Source of the DNA: Raja brachyura
Lineage: Eukaryota
Length of the DNA stretch: 64,000 nucleotides
Reading direction: 5' to 3'
Assembly: GCA_963514005.1 (NCBI GenBank)
Contig: OY740785.1
Span: 34,100,001 to 34,164,000 of the forward strand
Every line of letters begins with the position of its first letter. Within the stretch, counting starts at the first letter, position 1. A program made the position numbers and the translations under genes. Below the pieces are notes generated by a model. It did not search any database. It worked only from the letters and a program-made list of their open reading frames with translations, and was not told the DNA's origin. Positions 37,424 to 48,769 of the stretch are shown here, piece after piece.

Positions 37424-37557
37424 CGTAGCTTCTGCAACACAGCTTACAATGGCCCGTTTCCCTTATCATCAATACTTTTTTGCATATCTTTCATTCATTG
37501 TTCTTTATCTCTCCACATCACTGTTTATATCTCTCCTTTCACTGATCCCTGACCAGT

Positions 37558-37585
37558 CTGAAGAAGGGTCTCGACCCGAAACGTC
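37558..37585 (+). ncRNA. Minimal type I hammerhead ribozyme motif in the 5' pLTR
   Basis: CTGAAGA-A-GGGT(CTCG)ACCC-GAAAC-GTC: conserved core, stem II, palindromic stem III and GUC cleavage triplet. Such motifs are established in Penelope-like pLTRs. Confidence 0.8.
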
Positions 37586-37720
37586 GCCTATCTCCTTCGC
37601 CCCTTAGATGCTGCTGCACCCGCTGAGTTTCTCCAGCTTTTTGTGTAACCCTCGATTCTCCAGCATCTGCAGTTCCTTCTTTAACACTTTGTCTACTCCA
37701 CTGCGATATCTCCTCAAGGT

Positions 37721-40700
37721 ATGCCTACTTTGAAGAAGTTCTCCTCCTCCCTACGAAGACAGTTTCACAACCTCCTCTCTAACTGCTCCCCCTCTGTGAT
37801 ACCCCCTTCCCTCCAACTCTATGACCACAACCTCACCCAGACTCGATACCACAGCCACATCTGCTTCCTCGGGGCCTGCCTGCGTCTCCATCTCATACCT
37901 CGTGGATTCTAGCTCCAATTCCCTGCCTCCCAGTTCGGACCCCAGCCGGACTATCGGTACCGACTGGCCATCCGCCGCCACACTGTGCAATTCTCCAACC
38001 GGGCATTAAGATCCACCCTGGTTGCAATGCGCCGGCACCAGCAGGACCTCGCATTGACTCTCCCGAATCTTCGGGCCTCACTTACCCAGACCTGCAACGG
38101 ACCCCAACTACACTACATCCTTCGGAAGATCCACCCCTTCAATCAACAATTCCTGTCCCACCTTACCTCCACCAAGGACCTGAAATTAGCCCGCCTCCAG
38201 GCCGTTCCAGCTACCGACAATCCCCGACTCGACCGCCCGCAGGCCCCGGGCGCCAACTCTGGCCCGAGCCACCGGCCTGATTCCCCCGACGCCATCTTGG
38301 TCACAAGGAGCGCCTCCAGGACGCCGCCTTCACCGACCTCCACGCCGATGCTGCCGCCGACCTCCACCTGCCTACCGATGACGCCCAGCCCCGCCGCCTG
38401 CCTGGTAACTCTGTTTATCTCACCCTCCCCGATTCCACCGCCCATCTCCAGCTCAACTCGACCGCCGAACCTTGCCGCCCGCCGGGACCACCTACCCTCA
38501 TCGCCGCACCGGGCCCATCCAGCATCGCCGTTGTACTGGGCCCGCCGAAGACCAGAGCCGCACCCGCCTCACCTTGCATCGCCGCCGGACCGGGGCCCCT
38601 GAACATGGCCGCCCGCCGCACCCCACTCCTCTCGCCGCCTCACCGGGCGGGCTGAACCTTGCCGCCACACCGACCACTCGCCCACCGGGACCACCCACGC
38701 ATCGCCCGCCGACCCCGACTCCACTGCCCGCGGACTCCTACCTTCGGGCCCGCCGACCCACGACACTCCACCGCCCTCCAGCAGCCCGCTGGCGTCGCCT
38801 CACCTACAGACTGGACTGTGCAGCGGGCCTGAAGCCTCCACGTTGCTCACTCCTCCCACCACTCTGTTGTTAACGGAACTGGGTCCTAGTGCCCGTCTCC
38901 CCAGCCCCGGTGACCTCAGTAGCTATTCCACTGGGTCTTCCCCATCCCCCTCCTACCATGTAACCCCTGCTCTTTCCCACCCACACCGCAGCCCCCATAC
39001 CCCCCCCACCCCCTGACCACCTTCCACCCCGCCACCACACAACGCTCCGTCCTCAGTCCACTCACCTGCCTTCCTCCAGCCACAACCCCCATCCCTGCCG
39101 CGTGTTCACCATCCCCCGGACCTCCCCCTCTCCGACACCGAAAGGTCGGTCCTCAGCAGAGGTCTTACCTTTGTTCCCCTCCGTCCCCACCTCAATGAGT
39201 TCCGCGCCCACCACGACTTGGAGCTCTTCTACCGTCGCCTCCGCCTCACAGCGTTCTTTCACGGGAACAAGTCCTCGCCCCCCAGTGATGATCCTTTTTC
39301 CTGTCTCCCACGTACCCCCTCTTCGTGGACCCCCCCTCGTGACCCTCCAGCTTTAGAACTCTTTATTCAGAACTGCCGTCGGGACATCAACCGCCTCGAC
39401 TTCTCCACTCCCCTGTCTCACTCCAATCTCTCCCCCTCCGAACGCACTGCCATCGACTCACTCCGCAACAACCCAGACTGGGTTATCAAACCCGCCAACA
39501 AGGGAGGTGCTGTGGTAGTCTGGCGCGTCGATCTCTACAAAGCAGAGGCCACGCGCCAACTCTCGGACACCTCCTCCTACTTACCCCTGGACCATGACCC
39601 CACTGACGAGCACCAGGCCACCATCTCGAGCACCATAACTGACTTCATCAACTCCAGCTCCCTACCCCCCCGAGCCTCCAACCTCATCGTTTCCCAGCCC
39701 CGCACAGCCCGATTTTACCTTCTCCCCAAAATCCACAAACCCGACTGCCCCGGCAGACCCATTGTCTCTGCCTGTTCGTGCCCCACCGAACACATTTCCA
39801 CATACCTTGACTCCATCCTATCCCCCTTTGTTAAATCCATCCCCACCTATGTTCAAGACACCTCAGACACTCTCCGTCGGCTCCGCACATTCCGTTGTCC
39901 AGGCCCCCATCCTCTCATTTTCACCATGGACGTCCAGTCACTATACACCTGCATCCCCCACCAGGATGGTCTCAAAGCCCTCCGGTACTTCCTCGACCAG
40001 AGGAGCAACCCATACCCGTCCACTGACACCCTCCTCCGCCTAGCGGAGTTGGTCCTTACCCTCAACAACTTCTCTTTTGACTCCTCCCATTTCCTCCAAA
40101 CACAAGGCGTAGCTATGGGCACACACATGGGCCCTAGCTACGCCTGCCTCTTTGTCGGGCACGTCGAACAATCTTTGTTCTCGGCGTACCAGGGCCCCAC
40201 CCCCGATTTTACCTCCGTTACATTGACGACTGCTTTGGTGTCACTTCCTGCACCCACGCACAACTGACTGACTTCATCCATTTCACCACCAACTTCCATC
40301 CGGCACTCAAATATACTTGGACCATTTCCGAAATTTCCCTACCATTCCTTGACCTCACCATCTCTATTGCAGGTGATACACTCCTGACTGACATCCACTA
40401 CAAACCAACTGACTCCCACAGCGACCTGGACTACTCTTCCTCCCACCCTGCTTCCTGTAAGGACTCCATCCCCTATTCCCAATTCCTCCGTCTACGCCGC
40501 ATCTGCTCCCAGGATGACGTGTTCCACACCAGGTCATCCCAAATGTCCTCGTTCTTCAGAGAACGGGGTTTCCCCTCCCCCACTATAAATGAGGCTCGCA
40601 CCAGGGTCTCCTCCATACCCCGCAACACTGCCCTCTCTCCCCATTTCCCCGCTCACAACAAGGGCCGAGTCCCCCTGGTCTTCACCTTTCACCCCACCAG

Positions 40701-41282
40701 CCAGCGCATACAACAGATAGTCCTCCGCCAGTTTCGCCACCTCCACGTGACCCCTCCACTCGCCACATCTTCCCATCTCCCCCCCTGTCTGCCTTCCGCA
40801 AAGACCGCTCCCTCCGCAACTCCCTTGTCAATTCTTCCCTTCCCTCCCGCTCCACTCCTTCCCCGGGCACTTTCCCTTGCAACCGCAAGAGATGCTACAC
40901 TTGTCCCTTCACCTCCCCCATCCACTCCTTTCAGGGACCCAAGCAGTCATTCCAAGTCCGACAGAGGTTCACCTGCACCTCCTCCAACCTCATCTACTGC
41001 ATCCGTTGCTCCAGATGCCAGCTGATCTACATCGGTGAGACCAAGCGGAGGCTGGGCGATCGTTTCGCCGAACACCTCCGCTCGGTCCGCAATAACCAAC
41101 CCGACCTCCCGGTGGCTCAGCACTTCAACTCCCCCTCCCATTCCATATCCGACCTCTCGGTCCTGGGCCTCCTCCACGGCCAGAGTGAGCAACACCGCAA
41201 GTTGGAGGAACAGCACCTCATATTCCGCTTCGGGAGTCTGCATCCTCTAGGCTTAAACATTGAATTTTCTCAATTCTGTTAA
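37721..41282 (+). pseudogene. Penelope RT + GIY-YIG endonuclease ORF (premature stop, frameshifts)
   Basis: Starts MPTLKKF. RT motifs IKPANKGGAVVV, FYLLPKIHK..CPGRPIVS, TMDVQSLYT, GVAMG, and RYIDD near 40216. Cys linker CNRKRCYTC. Endonuclease LIYCIRC..C...YIGET.R.L..RF.EH...VAQHF...E...I...GLN; TAA 41280-41282. Confidence 0.9.
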
Positions 41283-41512
41283 CCCAGACTGCCCCCACCC
41301 CTCCCCACCTCTCCCTCAGCCCTCGGGCTCTGACATTCCTTCTCTATCTCCCCCCCTCCCCAGTCGCACTAGCCTCTCATTTTCACACCACAAACAGCTT
41401 ACAATGGCCTGTTTCCCTTATCATCAATACTTTTTTGCATATCTTTCATTCATTGTTCTTTATCTCTCCACATCACTGTTTATATCTCTCCTTTCCCTGA
41501 TCCCTGACCAGT

Positions 41513-41540
41513 CTGAAGAAGGGTCTCGACCCGAAACGTC
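41513..41540 (+). ncRNA. Minimal type I hammerhead ribozyme motif in the 3' pLTR
   Basis: Identical ctgaagaagggtctcgacccgaaacgtc. Confidence 0.8.
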
Positions 41541-41607
41541 GCCTATCTCCTTCGCCCCTTAGATGCTGCTGCACCCGCTGAGTTTCTCCAGCTTTTTGTG
41601 TAACCCC

Positions 41608-42116
41608 CGTAGCTTCTGCAACGACTGGACCCATTGAGATGACACTAGAGCCATGAGCATGGCCACCTTGTATGTGAGCCGAAGTAGAGACAGGGATGCT
41701 GCTGGAGACCATGAGCGAAGCAGAGTTAGGACCACCCCTACATCCCAAATTTCCGTGTATCTGGGCCTAGGAGGGTTTGAATTAAAGCCTCCCCTCATGA
41801 ACCTCGATACTAAAGGATGAGACCCCACAGGCTGGTGTCCTGAACTCGGCAGCAAGTATGACGACAGCGCACTTCTGGCACAATTTAGGGCACTGTAGCT
41901 TAATTTCTCATCAAAATGCAGTTTTGAGAGGAACTCCAAAACATCAGTAATGTGCGCTGCGGCATACGAGATATCGGACTGCGCACAGAACGCTTCCCAT
42001 TTCCTTATGGAGGAGGCGTATTGTTTTTGGGTACTGCTTCTCCAGGCCACAGTTAGCACATCCACCGTGCGATCAGCTAGTCCCAGTCCGAGGAAAGATC
42101 TTCTTAAAACCTGCAA
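41608..42116 (-). pseudogene. DIRS tyrosine recombinase, N-terminal part (truncated by the Penelope insertion)
   Basis: STQKQYASSIRKW, LSYSALNCARSALS, HPLVSRFMRG..N.NPPRPRY..IWDV..VL and LMALVSSQWVQSLQKL are typical of DIRS YR. Confidence 0.85.
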
Positions 42117-43400
42117 ACCAATAAGTTCAGCTGATCATGCAGAGGATGTACTTCCCCAGAAATGGGATGAGTTAACAGAGACCTGACCAGGATGAGAGGA
42201 TACCATGGCTGAGTGGGCCAGTCAGGGACTACCAGAATGCCGGAGGCAGAGTCCTGCTGAATTTTTTGCAGACATCGATTGACAAGGCAGAATGGGAGGA
42301 ATGCATAGAAAAACATTCCTCCCCAATGTAGTGAGAAGGCATCTATCGCTACTGCCCCTGGGTCTGGTTCCCATGCAACATACTTCGGTAACTGATGATT
42401 TCATCTCAAAGCAAACAAATCCATATCCGGTGTTCCATACCTAGACAATATCCTTAAACACTCTATGATTCAACATTCATTCTGTGTTGTCATTGAATTT
42501 ACATGACCTGGTGTCCACCACCGTGTTGAACCTACCTCGAAGGTAATTAGCTGAAACCCAAATATTCCTAATGATACACCAGTGCCAAATGAGGTTAGCC
42601 AATTTATCACAGGATACTGACTTGATTCCACCCATGTGATTTATGTATGCCACCGCTGTGGTGTTATCTATCTGTAATTGAGCATGCAGATGGTGCAATA
42701 TGCCTGCAATAAGCCTTCAGACCTTCAGACCTTCAGACTTCAGTGCTGCGAGCAACTCCAAATAGTTAATGCCATGCACCTGCAGAAAGGATAGCTCATG
42801 CATATCCCATCTGCCACCGCAGCTAGAAACGGTGTCAGTGGCGCCCCATCCCAGAGCACGGGCAGCAGTCTGTAAAAGAACAGAAGGACTTTTGATCTAA
42901 ATATTGCGAGAACAATGCAAAATACTGGCTTTCCACCACTGCAGCTCAGCAACAGCTTCAGCCGGTAATTGCATAGCCCAAATTGTGTTTAAGTGCCTGC
43001 ACCTTTGCTCTTTGTAATTGCTGATAGTGCAAAGGTTCATATTTAGCAGCAAATTGGTGAGGTTCATGATTCGTTTTTTCAATTACCTGAAATTCATATA
43101 ATGCCTGAATTTCATCCTGAACCTCCAAACCATCCTGTTGTGAACGAACAAAGGTACAGTTTGGAGCATGCTGTGTGGGTGGCAGTGAACCAGAAAACTC
43201 AATTTCAAACCCATATATACTGCGCAGTATGAACAAATCAGACGTTATCCACCGCCATTCATGCAAAAAGAAACATAACCTCCCACCAACATGCAATAGA
43301 CCCATACCGCTTATGTTCCATGGCGAACCAGACCCACCTACCTCCGTGGTTATTGGTGGATTCTTGATGTTTATTTCCTCCCCCAATGTTTGGGGGGAAT
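42104..43400 (-). pseudogene. DIRS RT/RNase H/methyltransferase-like ORF remnant (frameshifts; RT core apparently deleted near 43055)
   Basis: Fragments VGGRL.FF..EW.WITSD.FIL..I.G..IEF, ELQWW, DNTTAVAYINHMGG and YAFLPF..V.R.L.KI..D...ILVVPDWPTQPWYP. Confidence 0.75.
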
Positions 43401-43495
43401 GAGGTGCTGGAGTGCACCAGTTGCGCATCTTTGATGTTGGCCGGCTTGGGCCATGTCCTAAAAAAGACTTCCGGCCAGTTCTTTCGGTCCTTGAG

Positions 43496-44580
43496 CTAGA
43501 GGTGGTTTCCGCAGACCGTTTGGTTTTGGTAGAGGCATTGGGGTGCTGCCGTCGAAATGACACAGGTCTGTTCGCTGGTGGAAGCCGAAGTAGCCCCCAC
43601 AGCCTTCGACTCGTCGTCCAGGTCCTTCACTTGTTTGGACAGGTCTTCTCCAAATAAATAATTGGGAGGCTGCACATTACTGGACCTGCAACCCTGCAAA
43701 CTTGGGGTTGAGGACAGGACGAATGGCATTCTTGCGAAAGCAATTTATTTCAAAGTGTGCATTGCACAACAATGCCATTGCATCCCGTTGCGCCTCAGAT
43801 AGGGAGCTGACATCTACTGACCTGGCGAATGCTGTCACCCCCGATGCCAGCAGTTTCAGGATCCTCTGTAATTTGACCTCTTGGGACTTAATGCCCCCAC
43901 CAATGTAGCTCCAAATGGAACTATTCACAGCCAGTACCTTAAGGGAGGCGCAGTTGCTGGGCGTGTGGTACTTCATGACCATCTCCATCATTACCTGCTC
44001 TTGAAGCTGGTGAGAAGCGAGGTAATTAATACTGGCCGCTAGCTCTTCGTCCAGCGGCTTCCCGACCAGCGACGGCATTGCAAACTTAGAGACCATGGTT
44101 GGTACCTCTGCTTCTCACGGGTCCCGTGTTGTGAGACGTTCCACCGGCATCTCACTCAAATGAAAGTCCGCCCAGGACTGATGGCCTATGCTCCTATCCT
44201 CGGATAGGGAGATATAATGCAGCCCTGCACCAGGTGCTGCTGCGGGCCCCAGAGACCCGCTCTGATATGACTCCCCACTGTGGAGTATATCATGTTCGAG
44301 CACCTTCTCCATAAGATGCTCCACTCGGAAAAGATGAAGACGCTCCCCGCTACAGGAGGCGAACCCTCCCAGCCGGACTCATCCGAGTCAACCAGCCTGT
44401 TGGACTTGTACTTGGCCTTCCCGACCCGCGGGGTAGCCAGTGCACCGAGTCCGTAGTCGCTGGCTGAGCTGTCAGCGACCACGATGGTGAAATGGATGGC
44501 CGCCCGCTGACCGCACTCCCGCGGTCTTCCGAAGCGGTTCTCCCTGCGGACCATCGAGACTTCACCCTTGCCTTATCCAT
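43496..44580 (-). pseudogene. DIRS gag-like ORF1 remnant (frameshifted)
   Basis: Consecutive partial ORFs (KYHTPSNCASLKV..VN..IW; FRKNAIRPVLNPKFAGL; YLFGEDLSKQVKDL) upstream of the RT, in the element's orientation. Confidence 0.65.
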
Positions 44581-45111
44581 AGCTCATCCGTTCTTGAAGC
44601 TGTAACAAGAACGGGAGAAAAAATGACCGCAGACTAAGTAGGCCTTTTAAACTTACCGCTGGTGGAGCAACGGACCAACCAGCCAGTCGCAGCGCCATGC
44701 GTTAGACGTAATGACGCGCATGCGGGCTGACGGGCTCGTCACGTAGTCACTCACATGACTCCGAAGTAAAACAACATTTAACAGACATTTGGACAAGTAC
44801 ATGGATAGGAAAGGTTTAGAGGGACAAGAGCCTAACATGGTAGGTGGGACTAATGTAGATGGGACACCTTGGCCGGCATGGGCAAATTGGGCTGAAGGGC
44901 CTGTTTCGATGCTGCATGCCTATGATAGGAAAAATGTATTGTAGGAACAGTCAGCAGTTTTTCAAGAAGGTATGGCATTAAAAGTTCATTTGTGGCTGAA
45001 GAAGGAATTGATTCCTATTTCATAAGCAAATGTAGATTCCTTTAAGGACCAACAGAAAATGTGATACAGCCATGTTTATCAAAAAAAATTACAAGAATAA
45101 AGGAAAATTAT

Positions 45112-45222
45112 AGGTAGACACAAAATGCTGGAGTAACTCAGTGGGACAGGCAGCATCTCTGGAAAGAAGGAATGGGTGACGTTTCAGGTCGAGACCCTTC
45201 TTCAGACTGATGTCCAAAGGAA
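45112..45222 (-). mobile_element. pLTR-derived short repeat with TSD
   Basis: Flanked by the direct repeat aataaaggaaaa; contains gacgtttcaggtcgagacccttcttcagact. Confidence 0.7.
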
Positions 45223-45794
45223 ATAAAGGAAAAGTGCAGTCATTATAAGCAGCAAGTCAGAAGATCAAGAACGTTTTGGAATTCAGCAAAAGGGGGGGGG
45301 GGGGGAATAGAAGTTAACATGGGTTCCTTACAGATATCATTTTCAGAAGTTGTCATATTCCAAAATTTTATATCTTCTAGAATAACTCCTAAAGATTTGA
45401 TGGTTGCAGAAATATCCTTACTATTTGCAAGTAAGGGACAGAGAAAATGGGTGCCTATAGACCAGTTATTTGTATATTGGTAGGAGGAAAATGCGCAATA
45501 CTCTTATTAAAATTGTAGTAACAGAGCACACATAATGGCATTGTGCAGAGTCAACTTGGATTTGTGAAAGGCAAATCACGATTGATGTATCTATTTATGG
45601 TTAATGCGTTTGTAACTAGCAGAGTAGACGTGGGAGACCCAATGTACGTGTTGTATTGAACAGTTGGTTAATTGTAGAATGCCACATAAAAACGTACTTA
45701 ATAACATTAGACATGCCTCAAAGACATTCACAAAATGCTGGTGTAATTTAGTGGGACAGGCAACATCTCTGGATAGAAGGAATAGGTGGAATAC

Positions 45795-46360
45795 GCCACA
45801 CCTGGAGTATTGCGTACAGTTTTGGTCTCCAAATCTGAGGAAAGACATCCTTGCCATAGAGGGGGTACAGAGAAGATTCACCAGACTGATTCCTGGGATG
45901 TCAGGACTTTCATATGAGGAAAGATTGGATAGACTCGGCTTGTACTCACTGGAATTTAGAAGATTGAGGGGGGATCTTATAGAAACTTACAAAATTCTCA
46001 AGGGGTTGGACAAGCTAGATGCTGGAAGATTGTTCCCGATGTTGGGGGAGTCCAGAACAAGGGGTCACAGTCTAAGGATAAGGGGGAATTCCTTTAGGAC
46101 CGAAATGAGGAAAACATTCTTTACACAGAGAGTGGTGAGTCTCTGGAATTCTCTGCCACAGAAGGTAGTTGAGGCCAGTTCATTGGCTATATTTAAGAGG
46201 GCGTTAGATGTGGCACTTGTGGCTAAAGGGATCAGGGGGTATGGAGAGAAGGCAGGTACGGGATACTGAGTTGGATGATCAGCCATGATCACATTGAATG
46301 GCGGTGCAGGCTCGAAGGGCCGAATGGCCTACTCCTGCACCTATTTTCTATGTTTCTATG
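45795..46360 (+). mobile_element. Young CR1 LINE 3' fragment
   Basis: Open RT C-terminus to KAGTGY*; tail ttctatgtttctatg. Confidence 0.92.
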
Positions 46361-47794
46361 AATTAAGGAAGTAGCTCCGGAAATAGTGGATGCATTAGTG
46401 ATAATCTTTCAAAACTCTTTAGATTCTGGAGTAGTTCCCGAGGATTGGCGGGTAGCAAACGTAACCCCTCTTTTTAAGAAGGGAGGGAGAGAGAATTACA
46501 GACCAGCATGGATTTACGAAAGGTAAATCATGTCTGACGAATCTTGTGGAATTTTTCGAGGATGTAACTAGTAGCGTGGATTGGGGAGAACCAGTGGATG
46601 TGGTGTATCTGGACTTCCAGAAGGCGTTCGACAAGGTCCCACATAAGAAATTAGTATACAAACGTAAAGCATACGGCATTGGGGGTTCAGTATTGATGTG
46701 GATAGAGAACTGGCTGGCAAACAGGAAGCAAAGAGTAGTTGTAAACGGGTTGTTTTCACAATGGCAGGCAGTGACTAGTGGGGTACCACAAGGCTCAGTG
46801 CTGGGACCCCAGCTATTTACAATATACATTAATGATCTGGATGAGGGAATTAAAGGCAATATCTCCAAGTTTGCGGATGACACTAAGCTGGGGGCAGTGT
46901 TAGCTGTGAGGAAGATGTTAGGAGACTGCAAGGTGACTTGGATAGGCTGGGTGAGTGGGCAAATGTTTGGCAGATGCAGTATAATGTGGATAAATGTGAG
47001 GTTATCCACTTTGGTGGCAAAAATAGGAAAGCAGACTATTATCTAAATGGTGGCTGATTAGGAAAAGGGGAGATGCAGCGCGACCTGGGTATCATGGTAC
47101 ACCAGTCATTGAAAGTAGGCATGCAGGTGCAGCAGGCAGTGAAGAAAGCAAATGGTATGTTAGCTTTCATAGCAAAATGATTTGAGTATAGGAGCAGGGA
47201 GGTTCTACTGCAGTTGTATAGGGTCTTGGTGAGACCACACCTGGAGTATTGCGTACAGTTCTGGTCTCCAAATCTGAGGAAGGACATTATTGCTATAGAG
47301 GGAGTGCAGAGAAGGTTCACCAGACTGATTCCTGGAATGTCAGGACTGTCTTATCAAGAAAGACTGGATAGACTCAGTTTATACTCTCTAGAATTTAGGA
47401 GATTGAGAGGGGATCTTGTAGAAACGTACAAAAGTATTAAGGGGTTGGACAGGTTAGATGCAGGAAGATTGTTCCCGATGTTGGGGAGGTCCTTTCCAAG
47501 GGGTCCCAGCTTAAGGATAAGTGGGAAATCCTTTAGTACCGAGATGAGGACTTTTTTCACACACAGTGGTGGGTCTCTGGAACTCTCTGCCACAGAGGGT
47601 AGTTGAGGCCAGTTCATTGGCTATATATAAGAGGGAGTTAGATGTGGCCCTTGTGGCTAAGGGGATCAGAGGGTATGGAGAGAAGGCAGGTACGGGATAT
47701 TGAGTTGGATGATCAGCCATGATCATATTGAATGGCGGTGCATCCTCGAAGGGCCGAATGGCCTACTCTTGCACTTAATTTCTATGTTTCTATG
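46361..47794 (+). mobile_element. CR1 LINE, 5'-truncated with RT core
   Basis: [30 protein letters not shown]; tail ttctatgtttctatg. Confidence 0.92.
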
Positions 47795-47812
47795 TGATGT
47801 TTCGGGTCGAGA

Positions 47813-48475
47813 CATAGAAACATAGAAACTAGGTGCAGGAGTAGGCCATTCGGCCCTTCGAGCCTGCACCGCCATTCAATGTGATCATGGCTGATCATCC
47901 AACTCAGTATCCCGTACCTGCCTTCTCTCCATACCCCCTGATCCCTTTAGCCACAAGTGCCACATCTAACGCCCTCTTAAATATAGCCAATGAACTGGCC
48001 TCAACTACCTTCTGTGGCAGAGAATTCCAGAGACTCACCACTCTCTGTGTAAAGAATGTTTTCCTCATTTCGGACCTAAAGGAATTCCCCCTTATCCTTA
48101 GACTGTGACCCCTTGTTCTGGACTCCCCCAACATCGGGAACAATCTTCCAGCATCTAGCTTGTCCAACCCCTTAAGAATTTTGTAGGTTTCTATAAGATC
48201 CCCCCTCAATCTTCTAAATTCCATCGAGTACAAACCGAGTCTATCCAATCTTTCCTCATATGAAAGTCCTGACATCCCAGGAATCAGTCTGGTGAATCTT
48301 CTCTGTACCCCCTCTATGGCAAGGATGTCTTTCCTCAGATTTGGAGACCAAAACTGTACGCAGTACTCCAGGTGTGGCCTCACCAAAACCCTGTACAACT
48401 GCAGTAGAACCTCCCTGCTCCTATACTCAAATCCTTTTGCTATGAATGCTAACATACCATTTGCTTTCTTCACTG
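47813..48475 (-). mobile_element. Young CR1 LINE 3' fragment
   Basis: 189-aa open RT C-terminus; tail catagaaacatagaaa on +; TSD gagac. Confidence 0.92.
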
Positions 48476-48769
48476 AGACCCTTCTTTAGACCGAGTCAGG
48501 GGAGAGGGAGATAAAGATGTATAGAAGTGTAAGGTATGAAACGAGACAAAGGCAATGGAGATCACAGAAAATGCTGAATAGATCATTGTTAGGTAGCAGA
48601 AGGTAACAACAAAGCAAACAGAGTCAGACTGGTCGGAGAACTGTGAAGGAAGGATGGCGAGAGAGAAGGTAAAGGCAGACTGAGCGGAGGTGTTCAGCGA
48701 AACCTCACCTAGACCTGAAGCAAGCATCTCGCCCGGTCACAGATCTCATCAGGACATCTCCTTCTCGCT

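Larger units (their letters stand above)
37439..41607 (+). mobile_element. Penelope-like retroelement (Neptune-type), near full length, with direct pseudo-LTRs
   Basis: 15-bp TSD cgtagcttctgcaac (37424-37438, 41608-41622). Direct repeats 37439-37651 and 41394-41606 (2 mismatches seen). RT and GIY-YIG endonuclease remnants. Confidence 0.93.
36437..44770 (-). mobile_element. DIRS1-like tyrosine-recombinase retrotransposon (degenerate ORFs, interrupted by a Penelope element)
   Basis: Inverted terminal repeats share acgtga(a/c)gagcccgtcagcccgcatgcgcgtc. An internal complementary region at 36659-36770 matches both termini. Gag-like, RT, RNase H (DNTTAVAYINHMGG), MT-like (YAFLPF...VPDWPTQPWYP) and YR remnants lie in DIRS order. 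No TSD. It interrupts a CR1 3' fragment (actat|aacaacattt). Confidence 0.92.

Noticed and set aside
37985-39356. Pro/Arg-rich ORFs as separate genes or a CpG-island promoter
   Set aside because: Internal low-complexity N-terminal region of the Penelope ORF, within the TSD-bounded element.
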